Origin: an uncultured Phycisphaerales bacterium
Lineage (GTDB): Bacteria > Planctomycetota > Phycisphaerae > Tepidisphaerales > Tepidisphaeraceae
Direction of reading: 5' to 3'
Assembly (NCBI GenBank): GCA_963844715.1
Contig: CAWJPJ010000007.1
Span: 1,280,001-1,344,000, forward strand
DNA length: 64,000 nucleotides
Positions 21,383 to 31,296 of the stretch are shown here, piece by piece. A program made the translations under genes and the position numbers. The notes beneath the pieces were generated by a model, which saw only the letters and a program-made list of their open reading frames with translations, was not told the origin of the DNA and ran no database searches. How positions within the stretch are numbered: position 1 is the stretch's first letter; the number at the start of each line of letters is the position of its first letter.

Positions 21383-22642
21383 TTACTTGCGGAGTTCGGC
21401 GGCAACCTGGCGAATGGGGCCTGTCCAATCGCCCGGAACAGTTTGGCGGAACAGCCGCGCGCTCGGATACCAAATCGAATCGGCGCGCCCGTGCATCCAA
21501 CGCCAATCCGGCGCGGCAGCCAGGAGCACCCACGCCGGTTTTCCCAAAGCTCCGGCGAGATGAACCACCGCGGAGTCCACCGACAGAACCAGATCAAGAT
21601 TGGCGACCAGCGCCGCGGTTTCCGCCAAGTCGGATAATTCGCTTGTCCAATCGATCAGGTGAAGGTCGGTGGGAATCATTTCGTTTTGACCTGGATCGCC
21701 GCCTTTTTGCAGGCTGAAGAATCGAGCGCCAGGAATCGATGCAAGCGGCGCGAGGAACGCCGGTGGCAGGGATCGCTGCCGATCGTTGAGATGTTTCGGA
21801 CTGCCGGCCCAGGCCAGGCCGATGCGAAGGCGTCCGCCATGTTGCGCCACGCGCTGCTGCCAGAATTTGATCCGCGAGCTTTCGCATCGCAAATAAGGAA
21901 TGGGGCCGGGCAAATCTGATGTCGAGATTTTCAAAATTCCCGGCACGCTCAACAGGGGGCAATGCCGATCGAATTCCGGATGCGGTTCCCCCACGGCGAT
22001 GACGCGGGCCGGCCCGTCCAGCGTTTGGAGCAGTGGGACCAGCGCGGGCGGCGATTCCAGATAAACCATCGCTCCCCGCATGGCGATTTGCGGCACAAAT
22101 CGCGCGAATTGGATGGCATCGCCCAATCCCTGCTCGGCGTGGACGAGGACGCGCAGACCGGCGGGATTTTCGCCCGTCCACTGCGGCTGTGAAAATTGCC
22201 GCGGCGCGGAAGTGAACCCGGGGACGCGCCAGCGCCAGTCGTAATGCGGCCAAGCGGAGGGATAATCGCCGCTTGTCAGCAGGGCGATCCCGAGGTTGAA
22301 GTGCGCGGCGGGTTCGTCGGGCGCCAAGATCAGGGCCTGACGCTGGGCGGCAATCGCGTCTTTGCATCGTCCGGCATCGAGCAGCGCATTGCCGAGATTG
22401 ACCCACGAGGCGGCGTAATCAGGACGCAATTCAATGGCTCGACGGCAGGCGGCGATCGCCTCATCAACTCGCCCGGATTTCCACAGCGCGTGGCCCAAAT
22501 TGCTATGTACCTGCGCGTAATCCGGCCGCAACTCCAGCGCGCGCCGATAGGCGTCGGCGGCCTCGTCGTAGTTTCGCTGGGTCACCAGCGAATTGCCGAG
22601 GCGAATCCAGCCGTCCAAGTCGTTCGGATGCGGGGCGGGCAC
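21383..22642 (-). CDS. TPR repeat + GT9-like glycosyltransferase domain protein
   Basis: TPRs; AEQGLGDAIQFARF; LDLVLSVDSAVVHLAGALG; WYPSARLFRQ. Confidence 0.88.
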   Translation of the reverse strand: MPAPHPNDLDGWIRLGNSLVTQRNYDEAADAYRRALELRPDYAQVHSNLGHALWKSGRVDEAIAACRRAIELRPDYAASWVNLGNALLDAGRCKDAIAAQRQALILAPDEPAAHFNLGIALLTSGDYPSAWPHYDWRWRVPGFTSAPRQFSQPQWTGENPAGLRVLVHAEQGLGDAIQFARFVPQIAMRGAMVYLESPPALVPLLQTLDGPARVIAVGEPHPEFDRHCPLLSVPGILKISTSDLPGPIPYLRCESSRIKFWQQRVAQHGGRLRIGLAWAGSPKHLNDRQRSLPPAFLAPLASIPGARFFSLQKGGDPGQNEMIPTDLHLIDWTSELSDLAETAALVANLDLVLSVDSAVVHLAGALGKPAWVLLAAAPDWRWMHGRADSIWYPSARLFRQTVPGDWTGPIRQVAAELRK

Positions 22643-22750
22643 GCGGCAATTATATCTCGCGCGGAAACCAAACACGAAATCCCGCGGTTCGTGCCGGGTC
22701 TTGCGGCGCATTTCGTCTCCCGGCCATGTCGAGAGTTGCGCTTAGCCCGC

Positions 22751-22781
22751 AAAAAAATACCCGGCGAATAAATTCGCCGGG
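22751..22781 (-). terminator. Intrinsic terminator
   Basis: Minus strand CCCGGCGAAT-TT-ATTCGCCGGG-TATTTTTTT. Confidence 0.8.
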
Positions 22782-22823
22782 CTTCGGAATGACATAATTC
22801 AATCAGTGGATGGGCATGGGAAG

Positions 22824-23903
22824 TCAGATGTCAAACTTCCAGATTTCTAGTTGATTGGTTACGTCATTGACGGCCGCGAAGGTGACCTGGTCACCGATGG
22901 TTTGCACTGCAAGCCCGAACGCGCCGCCGGCGGCGGGGTTGATTTCATATTCCGTGACGTACTGACCCTGGGGCGTAAATTCGACGATCTCACTGTTTTC
23001 GACGTTGTTCGGATCGGCGTTCACGGCGTCGCCGTTGGCAGTCAGGAGATCGCCGTTGGGGGCGAAGGCGAGAGCCAGCGGGCCGCGGAGATGAGAATTC
23101 GCGAAGACGAGTTTTTCCTTGCCGACGTGGAACGGGGTGGTCTCGGCGTTGGCGATGCTATAGATCGCGTTGTCATCGGTCGAGGCGACGTAGAGCGTGT
23201 CGGTGGCTTGATTGAACGCCAAGCCGGTGGGGCCGACGATCAGAGCGGCCGAATTGGGAGCCACGCCGTAACCGCTGGCGATAATGCTTTCGCCCAACAC
23301 TTTGACGTTGTCGCCGCTCGAGGGGACGGACAGGACGAGGCGCGACACGGTTCCGTTCAGTACGTTGGAGACGAATACGTCGGCGACGGACCCGTGCTGG
23401 TCGATTGCCAAATCCCATGGGCCATCGAGAAATACGGAGCTTTTGAGGGTATCGACGACGTGGCCATTTTTATCGAGGATCAGTAGGGAGCCGGGGCCGT
23501 TGATGGTGGATCCGCCGCCGGTAGGAGCGTTTCCGACCAGGACGAATCCCTCCGGCAGGACCCCGAGTGCGGTGGTGAGGCCTAATCCGGTGGGGCCTTG
23601 GAAGAAAGTGGTCTGCTTGCCAGTATTGGGATTGATTTCAACGATGGTGGTTCCGGTCCCCTGAGCGTTGCCACTGGTGTTGAAATTGGAGACGAGGACA
23701 TCTCCGGCAATGAGCTTCCCCCCGCCGGCGATATTTTGCGGCACGAAGGCGACGCCGTAAGGATTCACATCGCCATTCGCGGGCACGGTCGACGAGATGA
23801 CGTTTGGAAATCCCAGGTGCGATAGAAATGACGCCGAGAGAAGCGTGCGCTTCTCGAGTGTTTCGACAAAAGCGCCAATCGCTTTGCACTTTCTTCCTGA
23901 CAT
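22824..23903 (-). CDS. Secreted beta-propeller protein with planctomycete LExRxLLS N-terminal motif
   Basis: ETLEKRTLLS; repeated NPYGVA/GPWDLA/GPTGLA/GPLALA blades; GGAGG RBS. Confidence 0.75.
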   Translation of the reverse strand: MSGRKCKAIGAFVETLEKRTLLSASFLSHLGFPNVISSTVPANGDVNPYGVAFVPQNIAGGGKLIAGDVLVSNFNTSGNAQGTGTTIVEINPNTGKQTTFFQGPTGLGLTTALGVLPEGFVLVGNAPTGGGSTINGPGSLLILDKNGHVVDTLKSSVFLDGPWDLAIDQHGSVADVFVSNVLNGTVSRLVLSVPSSGDNVKVLGESIIASGYGVAPNSAALIVGPTGLAFNQATDTLYVASTDDNAIYSIANAETTPFHVGKEKLVFANSHLRGPLALAFAPNGDLLTANGDAVNADPNNVENSEIVEFTPQGQYVTEYEINPAAGGAFGLAVQTIGDQVTFAAVNDVTNQLEIWKFDI

Positions 23904-24075
23904 GTTTTTCCTCCTGTTTGAGTGAGGAAGGTATCTAATCTGCGCAAGATGAAATTGAAATGTTTCTGCAAAGATTGCAGAAGACGGTGCGCAAACTGCA
24001 AAAGGATTGTCAGAAAAAAATAAACGATGAGACTATCGGGATTATTCAGTTGTAGTTTTTGATCGCTTCGGTGGC

Positions 24076-24849
24076 TTACGACTGAACCGCCGCGCGATCG
24101 GCGGAGCCGTGGCGATACATGAGGATCTGCACATATTCCATCGTGATCATTCCCTCTTGAACCATGGTTTCTAGATGGGGCAGCAGCACTTTGACTTTGT
24201 CCTCGGTGTCGACGACTTCGATCACCACGGGGAGATCGGAGGACATCTCGAGCAGGGCCGCCTTGTGGACGACGCTGCGGGCGCCGAAACCTTCGGTGCC
24301 GCGCAGGACCGTGGCGCCGGCGAGGCCGAGTTCGCGAATCTTCTCCACGATCGCTTCATGGAGGGGTTTTTTCTGATGCTTGTCGGATTCGCCGATGAAA
24401 ACGCGCAAAAGCACGCCATTTTCCTGCTTGTTCATATGGCTCCCAGGTTCGATGTGGGGCAGGGTGGAAAGGGGTTTCAGTGCGCCGGCAAGGCTCAGGT
24501 GATTGGCATCGGTTTGCTGGCGCTGTCTATACATCATGACGGCGGCGCGTTCGAGGGTGAGCATGCCGCCGATCATGATCTTGTCGAGCGGGCCGTGGAC
24601 GAATTGGGCGATCTTTTCGCCGCTGTCGACGATCTCAACGACAACGGGAACATGCTGGATGATCGACCAGGGCGAGGACTGGATCAGGCCGTGGTAGCCG
24701 GCCCCGAGGATTCCGCGGATGACGGTGCAGCCGGCTAGTTTTTCCTTGCGCGCGGCTTTGACGATGCGCTCGTGAGTGGGGATGAGCGGAGCGCGATCGG
24801 CGCTTTGCAGATAGATCCGGAGCAGAACTTGTTCGCCGACGAGGCTCAT
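24076..24849 (-). CDS. Tandem DUF190 (PII-like) protein
   Basis: Two copies: LLRIYL...GCTVIRGILG...PVVVEIVDS and LLRVFIGESD...GATVLRGTEGFG...LPVVIEVVDT. Confidence 0.9.
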   Translation of the reverse strand: MSLVGEQVLLRIYLQSADRAPLIPTHERIVKAARKEKLAGCTVIRGILGAGYHGLIQSSPWSIIQHVPVVVEIVDSGEKIAQFVHGPLDKIMIGGMLTLERAAVMMYRQRQQTDANHLSLAGALKPLSTLPHIEPGSHMNKQENGVLLRVFIGESDKHQKKPLHEAIVEKIRELGLAGATVLRGTEGFGARSVVHKAALLEMSSDLPVVIEVVDTEDKVKVLLPHLETMVQEGMITMEYVQILMYRHGSADRAAVQS

Positions 24850-24857
24850 GTCGATCT

Positions 24858-25238
24858 TTAGCTCCAGTTGGCAATCATCATACCCAATCGCACGGCAATG
24901 ATGCCCGCGAAAAGGCTTCCCAGCAGATTCATGATCGCCAAAAAGCCCGCGCCATCGTCGGCAAGTTTGTTGGATTCGTACATAAACGTCGAGAAGGTCG
25001 TATAAGCTCCGACGAATCCGACGCCGATGGCAAGTTTCGTGGTATCCGAGAGGTTATACTTCCCCGAGTAAGCGACAAACCATCCGAGGAAGAGGCTGCC
25101 TGTTATGTTGATGATGAACGTGCCGAGGGGGAACCGGAGATTGAGCTTGCCGATCTGCGAGGCCAGCACATAGCGCAGAAGAGCACCGGCTGAGCCAGCC
25201 ATAGCGATCGCCAAGTATCGAGCCATCAATGTGTTCAT
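24858..25238 (-). CDS. crcB: Fluoride efflux channel CrcB/Fluc
   Basis: GALLRY, FPLGTFIINITGS, GFVGAYTTFSTF. Confidence 0.95.
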   Translation of the reverse strand: MNTLMARYLAIAMAGSAGALLRYVLASQIGKLNLRFPLGTFIINITGSLFLGWFVAYSGKYNLSDTTKLAIGVGFVGAYTTFSTFMYESNKLADDGAGFLAIMNLLGSLFAGIIAVRLGMMIANWS

Positions 25239-25250
25239 AGTCGTGCCCTG

Positions 25251-25290
25251 AAAACGAAAATACCCTGACGCGGCGGGAGCCCCGTCAGGG
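25251..25290 (-). terminator. Terminator forming the riboswitch expression platform
   Basis: CCCTGACG-loop-CGTCAGGG followed by TATTTTCGTTTT, between the aptamer and the crcB ATG. Confidence 0.8.
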
Positions 25291-25325
25291 CAGATTCTCG
25301 CAAATCTCCCAACGGGCAAATGCCC

Positions 25326-25380
25326 GGCAGGAGTCATTGGCCCCGAGGTCATCGAGGCGATTTCGGCGGACTCCACCGCC
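25326..25380 (-). promoter_or_regulatory. Fluoride riboswitch (crcB motif)
   Basis: GGCGGTGGAGTCCGCC-GAAATCGCC...GGCCAATGACTCCTGC matches the crcB aptamer and pseudoknot; upstream of crcB. Confidence 0.92.
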
Positions 25381-25498
25381 AAGTTGTTACCCTATTTATC
25401 GGCGTATTTGGACGTTTGCAATAGCGGACTCATCGGCGGACTCCGCTGGCGGCGCGGTCAGCGTCGCCCGACAAAATTCGAAACGCGACAAAATAAAA

Positions 25499-25589
25499 CG
25501 GAGAGGCCGGGATTCGAACCCGGGATACGAGTTTGACCCCGTATAACGGTTTAGCAAACCGTCGCCTTCAGCCGCTCGGCCACCTCTCC
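25499..25589 (-). tRNA. tRNA-Ser(GCT)
   Basis: GGAGAGGTGGCCGAGCGGCTGAAGGCGACGGTTTGCTAAACCGT, long variable arm, GGTTCGAATCCCGGCCTCTCCG; CCA not encoded. Confidence 0.97.
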
Positions 25590-25805
25590 AATCTGATCGC
25601 TGCGATTATGCCCGAATCCGCCCGGTGGTGACAAGTCGGGGGCGGCAAATAATGAGTTGATGGGTCGCGAACGGTTAATAGTTCCCATTGCATTGAGGCG
25701 CGGATTTCGGCGGATATTGCTCCAGTTGGCATGTTATCAGGTCGGGGTGCACAAGTGGCCATTGGGCGGCATTTTGCCGATAAAGTGCATTGGAGTTGTT
25801 GAAAA

Positions 25806-27665
25806 ATGACAGGAATAAATTCGGCGGCCACGATCGGGCCTAAGGACTCAAACTGGAAAATCTCGGACGCCTTTCTTCCCAAGACAATCGTTTGTCTGCG
25901 CGAGGGGTACGGGCGTGCGTTTTTCTGGAAGGATCTGGGCGCGGGAGTGACGGTGGCGATTATCGCGCTGCCGCTCTCGCTGGCCTTGGCGATTGGGGCG
26001 GGGGTGCGGCCGGAGCAGGGGCTTTTCACCGCCATCATCGCGGGATTCATTATCTCGCTGCTGGGAGGAAGCCGGGTGCAGGTCGGCGGACCCGCGGCGG
26101 CGTTCATGGCGATCATCGCGGCGATCGTCGCCCGCGACGGGTATGAGGGGCTGTGCATCGCCGGACTTATGGCGGGGGTGATCCTGATCCTGATGGGGCT
26201 GGCGGGGTTTGGGTCTCTGATCAAATTCATTCCGTATCCCGTGACCACGGGATTCACCAGCGGGATCGCCGTCGTGATCTTCACGTCGCAAATTCGCGAT
26301 CTTCTGGGATTGGCCGTCAGCTATGTGAACGACAAAGGGCAACTTGTGCACGGTATGCCGCCGGGATTCCTCAGCGGCTGGCATGTTCTGTTCCAATCTT
26401 TTCACTCGATCAATTGGGTGGCGGCAGGATTTGGGATCGGGGCGCTGTTGATGCTGATCGCGTTGCGCCGATTGGCTCCGCGCGTGCCGGGAGCGATTAT
26501 TGTCGTCGTCGCCGGGGCGGTGCTGGTCTCGACGCTGCATCTGTCGGCCAAGCCAGGCGCCGGGGGGATCGAGACATTGGGGACGCGGTTCGGCGGGATT
26601 CCCAGCGGGCTGCCGGCCCCACATATGCCGGTAAAGCTGTCCAGCTGGAAGGATGTTTCAGTGGCGTGGAATCGGGCGTATACGCTGATTCCGGAGGCGA
26701 CGACGATCGCGCTGCTTTGTGCGATCGAATCGCTGCTTTGCGCGGTCGTGGCCGACGGAATGATCGGCGGGAGACATAAGAGCAACTGCGAACTGGTGGC
26801 GCAAGGAATCGCCAACATCGCGTCGATCATCTTCGGCGGGATTCCCGCGACGGGCGTCATCGCGCGAACGGCCGCCAACGTGAAAAGCGGCGGCAGAACG
26901 CCGCTGGCGGGGATGGTGCACTCGGCGACTTTGCTGATCCTGATGCTCCTGCTCGCGCCATATGCGAGCCAGATCCCGCTGGCTGTTCTGGCGGCGATCC
27001 TGATTGTGGTCGCGTGGAATATGGCGGAGATCGATCACTTCAAGTCGATCTTCCGCGCCCGCGCGGATCGCTTGGTGCTGCTGACGACGTTCGGGCTCAC
27101 GGTGCTGACGGACCTGACCAAAGGCGTAGGAGTTGGCATGGTGCTGGCGGCGTTTCTGTTCATGAAACGCATGACGGACGTGACAATCGTGGGCGGCATC
27201 CGCCAGGAGATGGAGGAGAAGGAAGACGAGTTCGCGGATTTGATCGATCCGAATTCGATCACCCGCCGAGCGCTTCCGGCCCATACCGAGGTGTACGAGA
27301 TCAACGGGCCGTTTTTCTTCGGCGTCGCCGACCGGCTGCAAGACACGCTGCGAGGCCTGGAGCGGCCGCCGAAGGTCTTCATTTTGCGCATGCGGCGGGT
27401 TCCGGCGGTGGACGCGACGGGGATGCATGCCCTCGATGAATTTCAACACAAGTGCCGCAAGCAGGGCACCGTGCTCCTGCTCTCAGGCGTGCACTCGCAG
27501 CCGATCTACGCGATGACGCAATATGGGCTCGTGGACAAAATCGGCATGGAGAACATGCACGCGAACATCGACGAGGCATTGAATCACGCCAGACAGATCG
27601 TCGGCGAGCCCGAGCAACCCCGGCCGGCGGATGCGCTGCCGGAAGTGAATAGGGAGCGGCGATAA
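25806..27665 (+). CDS. sulP: SulP family anion transporter with STAS domain
   Basis: DLGAGVTVAIIALPLSLALAI, GGSRVQVGGP, ELVAQG, YEINGPFFFG. Confidence 0.95.
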   Translation: MTGINSAATIGPKDSNWKISDAFLPKTIVCLREGYGRAFFWKDLGAGVTVAIIALPLSLALAIGAGVRPEQGLFTAIIAGFIISLLGGSRVQVGGPAAAFMAIIAAIVARDGYEGLCIAGLMAGVILILMGLAGFGSLIKFIPYPVTTGFTSGIAVVIFTSQIRDLLGLAVSYVNDKGQLVHGMPPGFLSGWHVLFQSFHSINWVAAGFGIGALLMLIALRRLAPRVPGAIIVVVAGAVLVSTLHLSAKPGAGGIETLGTRFGGIPSGLPAPHMPVKLSSWKDVSVAWNRAYTLIPEATTIALLCAIESLLCAVVADGMIGGRHKSNCELVAQGIANIASIIFGGIPATGVIARTAANVKSGGRTPLAGMVHSATLLILMLLLAPYASQIPLAVLAAILIVVAWNMAEIDHFKSIFRARADRLVLLTTFGLTVLTDLTKGVGVGMVLAAFLFMKRMTDVTIVGGIRQEMEEKEDEFADLIDPNSITRRALPAHTEVYEINGPFFFGVADRLQDTLRGLERPPKVFILRMRRVPAVDATGMHALDEFQHKCRKQGTVLLLSGVHSQPIYAMTQYGLVDKIGMENMHANIDEALNHARQIVGEPEQPRPADALPEVNRERR

Positions 27666-27696
27666 GCCAATTTAATTTTTGGCGGCGATCCCTTTG

Positions 27697-27726
27697 TTCC
27701 CTCCCCGGAGTACCGAGAAAGGGAGC
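27697..27726. repeat. REP-like hairpin CCCTCCCC-GAGTAC-GGGAG (degenerate copy)
   Basis: Similar to the copy at 41293-41320; between convergent genes. Confidence 0.5.
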
Positions 27727-27782
27727 AATTTGGCGGGCTGCTCGGTGGGGTTTTACGGTTTTTTCAAGTCTCAGAACCGCGA

Positions 27783-30329
27783 TCAAGTTGCGTCGCTAGA
27801 CGCCGCCGGCGCGGCGACGGGTTTGTCGCCGGCGGCGGCCTTTTCGTCGGCGGTGTTGACGGCATCGAAGTACAGATGCTTATCGCCGGCCTCTTCGGTC
27901 TTGACGCTGATGCGGATCAGGTCCTTGCCTTTGAAGTTGCCGCGGAGGATTTCCTCGCTGAGCGGGTCCTCGACGTTTTGCTCGATGGCCCGACGCAGCG
28001 GGCGGGCGCCGAAATCGGTGCTGGTGCCCTTGTCGATGAGGAAGTCGCGGGCTTCCTGCGTCAATTCGATCTTCATGCCATGGTCGATAAGGCGCTTGGT
28101 GACCTTGCGCAGCTCGAATTCGACGATGTGCTCGAGATCATTCCGACCCAGCGGGCGGAAGACGATGACGTCGTCGAGACGTCCGATGAATTCGGGACGG
28201 AAGTATCGCTCGATTTCCTTTACCAGAGTCTGCTTGATCGTCTGGTAGGTGCGTTCTTCCTTTTCGCCCTTGCGAGAGGGTTGAAGGCCGAACTGCGGGC
28301 CGCCGTCCTTGATCAGTTCAGCGCCGATGTTGCTGGTCATGATCATGACGACGTTGCGGAAATCGACATGCCGGCCGAAGGAGTCGGTCAGACGGCCTTC
28401 CTCCATGATCTGAAGGAGCATGTTGAAGACGTCGGGGTGCGCCTTCTCTACTTCGTCGAGGAGGACGACGCTATACGGCCGGCGGCGGATGCGCTCGGTG
28501 AGCTGCCCGCCTTCCTCGTAGCCGACGTAGCCCGGAGGCGCGCCGATCAGGCGGCTGACGTTATGCTTCTCCATGTATTCGCTCATGTCGATCTGAACGA
28601 GGGCGTCCTGATCGCCAAACATAAACTCGGCCAGGGCCTTGCTGAGCAGCGTCTTGCCGACGCCGGACGGGCCGAGGAACAGGAACGACCCCATCGGGCG
28701 ATGCGGGTCTTTCAAACCCGAGCGGGCCCGGCGAATGGTTTTGCTGATGGCCTTGATCGCCTCGTCCTGGGAGACCACGCGCTTGTGGAGTTCGTTTTCC
28801 AGTTCGAGCAGGCGCTGTGCCTCTTCTTTTTCCAGGCGGGTGAGCGGCACGCCGGTCATTTTGCTGACGACTTCGGCGACGACTTCCTCGTCCACGACGC
28901 CGTCCACTTCCTTGGCCCGCTCGCGCCACTGGCGCTGCATCTCTTCCTTCTTGGCTCGCAGGCCCTCGGCCTGATCGCGGAGCTTGGCGGCTTCCTCGTA
29001 TTCGGCGTTGCGAACCGCCTCGTCCTTGGAAATGCTCAGCCGCTCGATCTGCTCCTCGATTTCCGCCAGATTCGGGGGCTTGGTCATGCTCCGCAGGCGG
29101 ACGCGAGCGCCGGCCTCGTCGAGGACGTCAATGGCCTTATCCGGCAGGCAGCGCCCGGTGATATAGCGGTCGGATAACTCGACTGCGGCATCCAAAGCCG
29201 AGTCAAGAATCTGCACGCGGTGATGCGCTTCGTACCGGTCGCGCAGGCCCTTGAGGATTTCGATCGTATCGGTGCTGCTGGGCGGATCGACCGTGATCGG
29301 CTGGAATCGCCGCGCCAGAGCCGCGTCTTTTTCGATGTACTTGCGGTATTCGTCGAACGTCGTCGCGCCGATGCACTGAATCTCGCCGCGTGAGAGCGCG
29401 GGCTTCAGAACGTTGCTGGCGTCGATCGCCCCTTCAGCGCCGCCGGCGCCGACGAGGGTGTGTAGCTCGTCGATGAAGAGGATGACGTTTTTGGCGCGGC
29501 GGACTTCGTTCATGACCGCCTTAATGCGCTCTTCGAACTGTCCGCGATATTTGGTGCCGGCCACCATCATCGCCAGATCGAGCACGACGATGCGGCGGTC
29601 GTGCAGAATCTCCGGCACGTTGCTGGAGACGACCATCTGCGCCAGACCTTCGACGATCGCCGTCTTGCCGACGCCGGCTTCGCCGAGGAGAACGGGGTTG
29701 TTCTTCTGGCGTCGGCAGAGGATCTGGATGACGCGTTCGATCTCGTTTTTCCGGCCGATGACCGGATCGAGTTGTCCTTCGCGGGCCAGTTCGGTCAGAT
29801 CGCGGCCGAAGCTGTCCAGCGCCGGGGTCTTGCTTTTACGGTTCTGTCCCTGTTTTTCCTGAGCTTGGGGTTCTTCGCTTTCCACGCCTGCTCCCAATAG
29901 GTTCAAAACTTCTTCCCGAACTTCCTCGAGCTTGAGGCCCAGATTCATGAGCACCTGCGCCGCGACACCGTCGTGTTCGCGAAGCAGGCCGAGCAGCAAA
30001 TGTTCCGTGCCTACGTAATTGTGATTCAGGTTCCTGGCTTCCTCGATTGCGTATTCGATGACTTTCTTGGCCCGCGGGGTCTGTGGGAGTTTTCCCATGG
30101 TGACCATATCCGGGCCGCTCTTGACCAGCTTTTCGACTTCAAGCCTTACCTTACGAAGATCGACATCCAGATTCTTGAGCACGTTAGCTCCGACGCCGGA
30201 GCCTTCCTTCACGAGGCCGAGCAGGATGTGCTCGGTGCCGATGTATTCGTGATTGAAGCGCTGGGCTTCCTGGTTAGCCAGCGCCATGACTTTTCGTGCC
30301 CGGTCCGTGAATCGTTCGAACATGTCCAT
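27783..30329 (-). CDS. clpC: ATP-dependent Clp protease ATP-binding subunit ClpC
   Basis: [13 protein letters not shown]-domain; two AAA+ modules ([16 protein letters not shown]); UVR coil. Confidence 0.97.
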   Translation of the reverse strand: MDMFERFTDRARKVMALANQEAQRFNHEYIGTEHILLGLVKEGSGVGANVLKNLDVDLRKVRLEVEKLVKSGPDMVTMGKLPQTPRAKKVIEYAIEEARNLNHNYVGTEHLLLGLLREHDGVAAQVLMNLGLKLEEVREEVLNLLGAGVESEEPQAQEKQGQNRKSKTPALDSFGRDLTELAREGQLDPVIGRKNEIERVIQILCRRQKNNPVLLGEAGVGKTAIVEGLAQMVVSSNVPEILHDRRIVVLDLAMMVAGTKYRGQFEERIKAVMNEVRRAKNVILFIDELHTLVGAGGAEGAIDASNVLKPALSRGEIQCIGATTFDEYRKYIEKDAALARRFQPITVDPPSSTDTIEILKGLRDRYEAHHRVQILDSALDAAVELSDRYITGRCLPDKAIDVLDEAGARVRLRSMTKPPNLAEIEEQIERLSISKDEAVRNAEYEEAAKLRDQAEGLRAKKEEMQRQWRERAKEVDGVVDEEVVAEVVSKMTGVPLTRLEKEEAQRLLELENELHKRVVSQDEAIKAISKTIRRARSGLKDPHRPMGSFLFLGPSGVGKTLLSKALAEFMFGDQDALVQIDMSEYMEKHNVSRLIGAPPGYVGYEEGGQLTERIRRRPYSVVLLDEVEKAHPDVFNMLLQIMEEGRLTDSFGRHVDFRNVVMIMTSNIGAELIKDGGPQFGLQPSRKGEKEERTYQTIKQTLVKEIERYFRPEFIGRLDDVIVFRPLGRNDLEHIVEFELRKVTKRLIDHGMKIELTQEARDFLIDKGTSTDFGARPLRRAIEQNVEDPLSEEILRGNFKGKDLIRISVKTEEAGDKHLYFDAVNTADEKAAAGDKPVAAPAASSDAT

Positions 30330-30557
30330 CTCCTGTGGCCGGCGCTTGTTGGGCGCCGGTCCCTCTTTCGGATTTCAGCCAATGCCGCCGGGGGACGCCT
30401 TTTGAGCGGCCCCCGATTGTAGGGGCGGCTGCCCCGACGAGGCAATGTCTGGGACGGCGGCCGATCGAGAATAATATCGGCTCAATTTTAATACGCGGTG
30501 AACCTTCGCTTTCACGCCTTGAGATCGGCCGGTACTTCGCCGATAACAACGCCACCG

Positions 30558-31229
30558 ATGTCTTTAATCCATCAGCTTCTGGACCTGGTCCTGCACCTCG
30601 ACAAGCACCTGAACAGCTTCGCCGCGGATCATCAGACGGGCGTTTATGTGCTTCTGGCGGCAATCGTCTTCTGCGAGACCGGGCTGGTGGTCTGGCCCTT
30701 TTTGCCGGGGGATTCGCTTCTGTTCGCGGTCGGAGCACTGGCGGCGACGGCGGGGTCGCCGATCAACCTGCCGCTGGTGATCGTTTTGCTCTGCCTATGC
30801 GCCAATTGCGGGGATGTGCTGAATTACACGGTTGGCTATCGCGTGGGCCCAAAGGTCTTTAGCCGGGACTCGACCTGGCTGCTTAACAAGAAGCACCTGG
30901 ACGAGGCGCATCGCTTTTATGACAGACATGGGCGCAAGACCATCATTTTGGCCCGGTTCGTGCCGATCATCCGGACCTTCGCCCCCTTCGTCGCGGGGAT
31001 CGGGAAGATGCCATTTTCACGATTTATCGGGTTCAGCATCAGCGGCGGCGTGCTCTGGGTCTGCGCGATGACCCTGGCCGGTTACTTCTTCGGACAAATC
31101 GCCGTGGTGAAAAGTCACTTCGAGATCGTGATCCTGGCGATCATTGCGATCAGTCTGATCCCGATGGCGATTCACGCGCTTCAATCGCGGAGCAAATCGG
31201 CGGCAGCTTTCGAAATGAAAGTCGATTGA
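30558..31229 (+). CDS. DedA family membrane protein
   Basis: FCETGL..PFLPGDSLLF; LARFVPIIRTFAPFVAG. Confidence 0.95.
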   Translation: MSLIHQLLDLVLHLDKHLNSFAADHQTGVYVLLAAIVFCETGLVVWPFLPGDSLLFAVGALAATAGSPINLPLVIVLLCLCANCGDVLNYTVGYRVGPKVFSRDSTWLLNKKHLDEAHRFYDRHGRKTIILARFVPIIRTFAPFVAGIGKMPFSRFIGFSISGGVLWVCAMTLAGYFFGQIAVVKSHFEIVILAIIAISLIPMAIHALQSRSKSAAAFEMKVD

Positions 31230-31261
31230 ACAGTCGCCAGCAAATTAGGGCAATTATATAC

Positions 31262-31290
31262 TTGACAACTCTGGTTGATTTCCGTACAAT
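31262..31290 (+). promoter_or_regulatory. Sigma70-type promoter for the transposase (TTGACA-17-TACAAT)
   Basis: -35 box lies inside the left TIR; ATG follows 6 nt after the -10 box. Confidence 0.75.
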
Positions 31291-31296
31291 TCCGGC

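Noticed and set aside
25424..25452. Second GGAGTCCGCCGA segment resembling the fluoride aptamer 5' end
   Set aside because: Lacks the complementary P1 arm and the downstream TGACTCCT pseudoknot strand, so it is not a tandem riboswitch.
27876..29177. 433-aa plus-strand ORF
   Set aside because: Antisense shadow of clpC caused by GC3 bias; no recognisable motifs.
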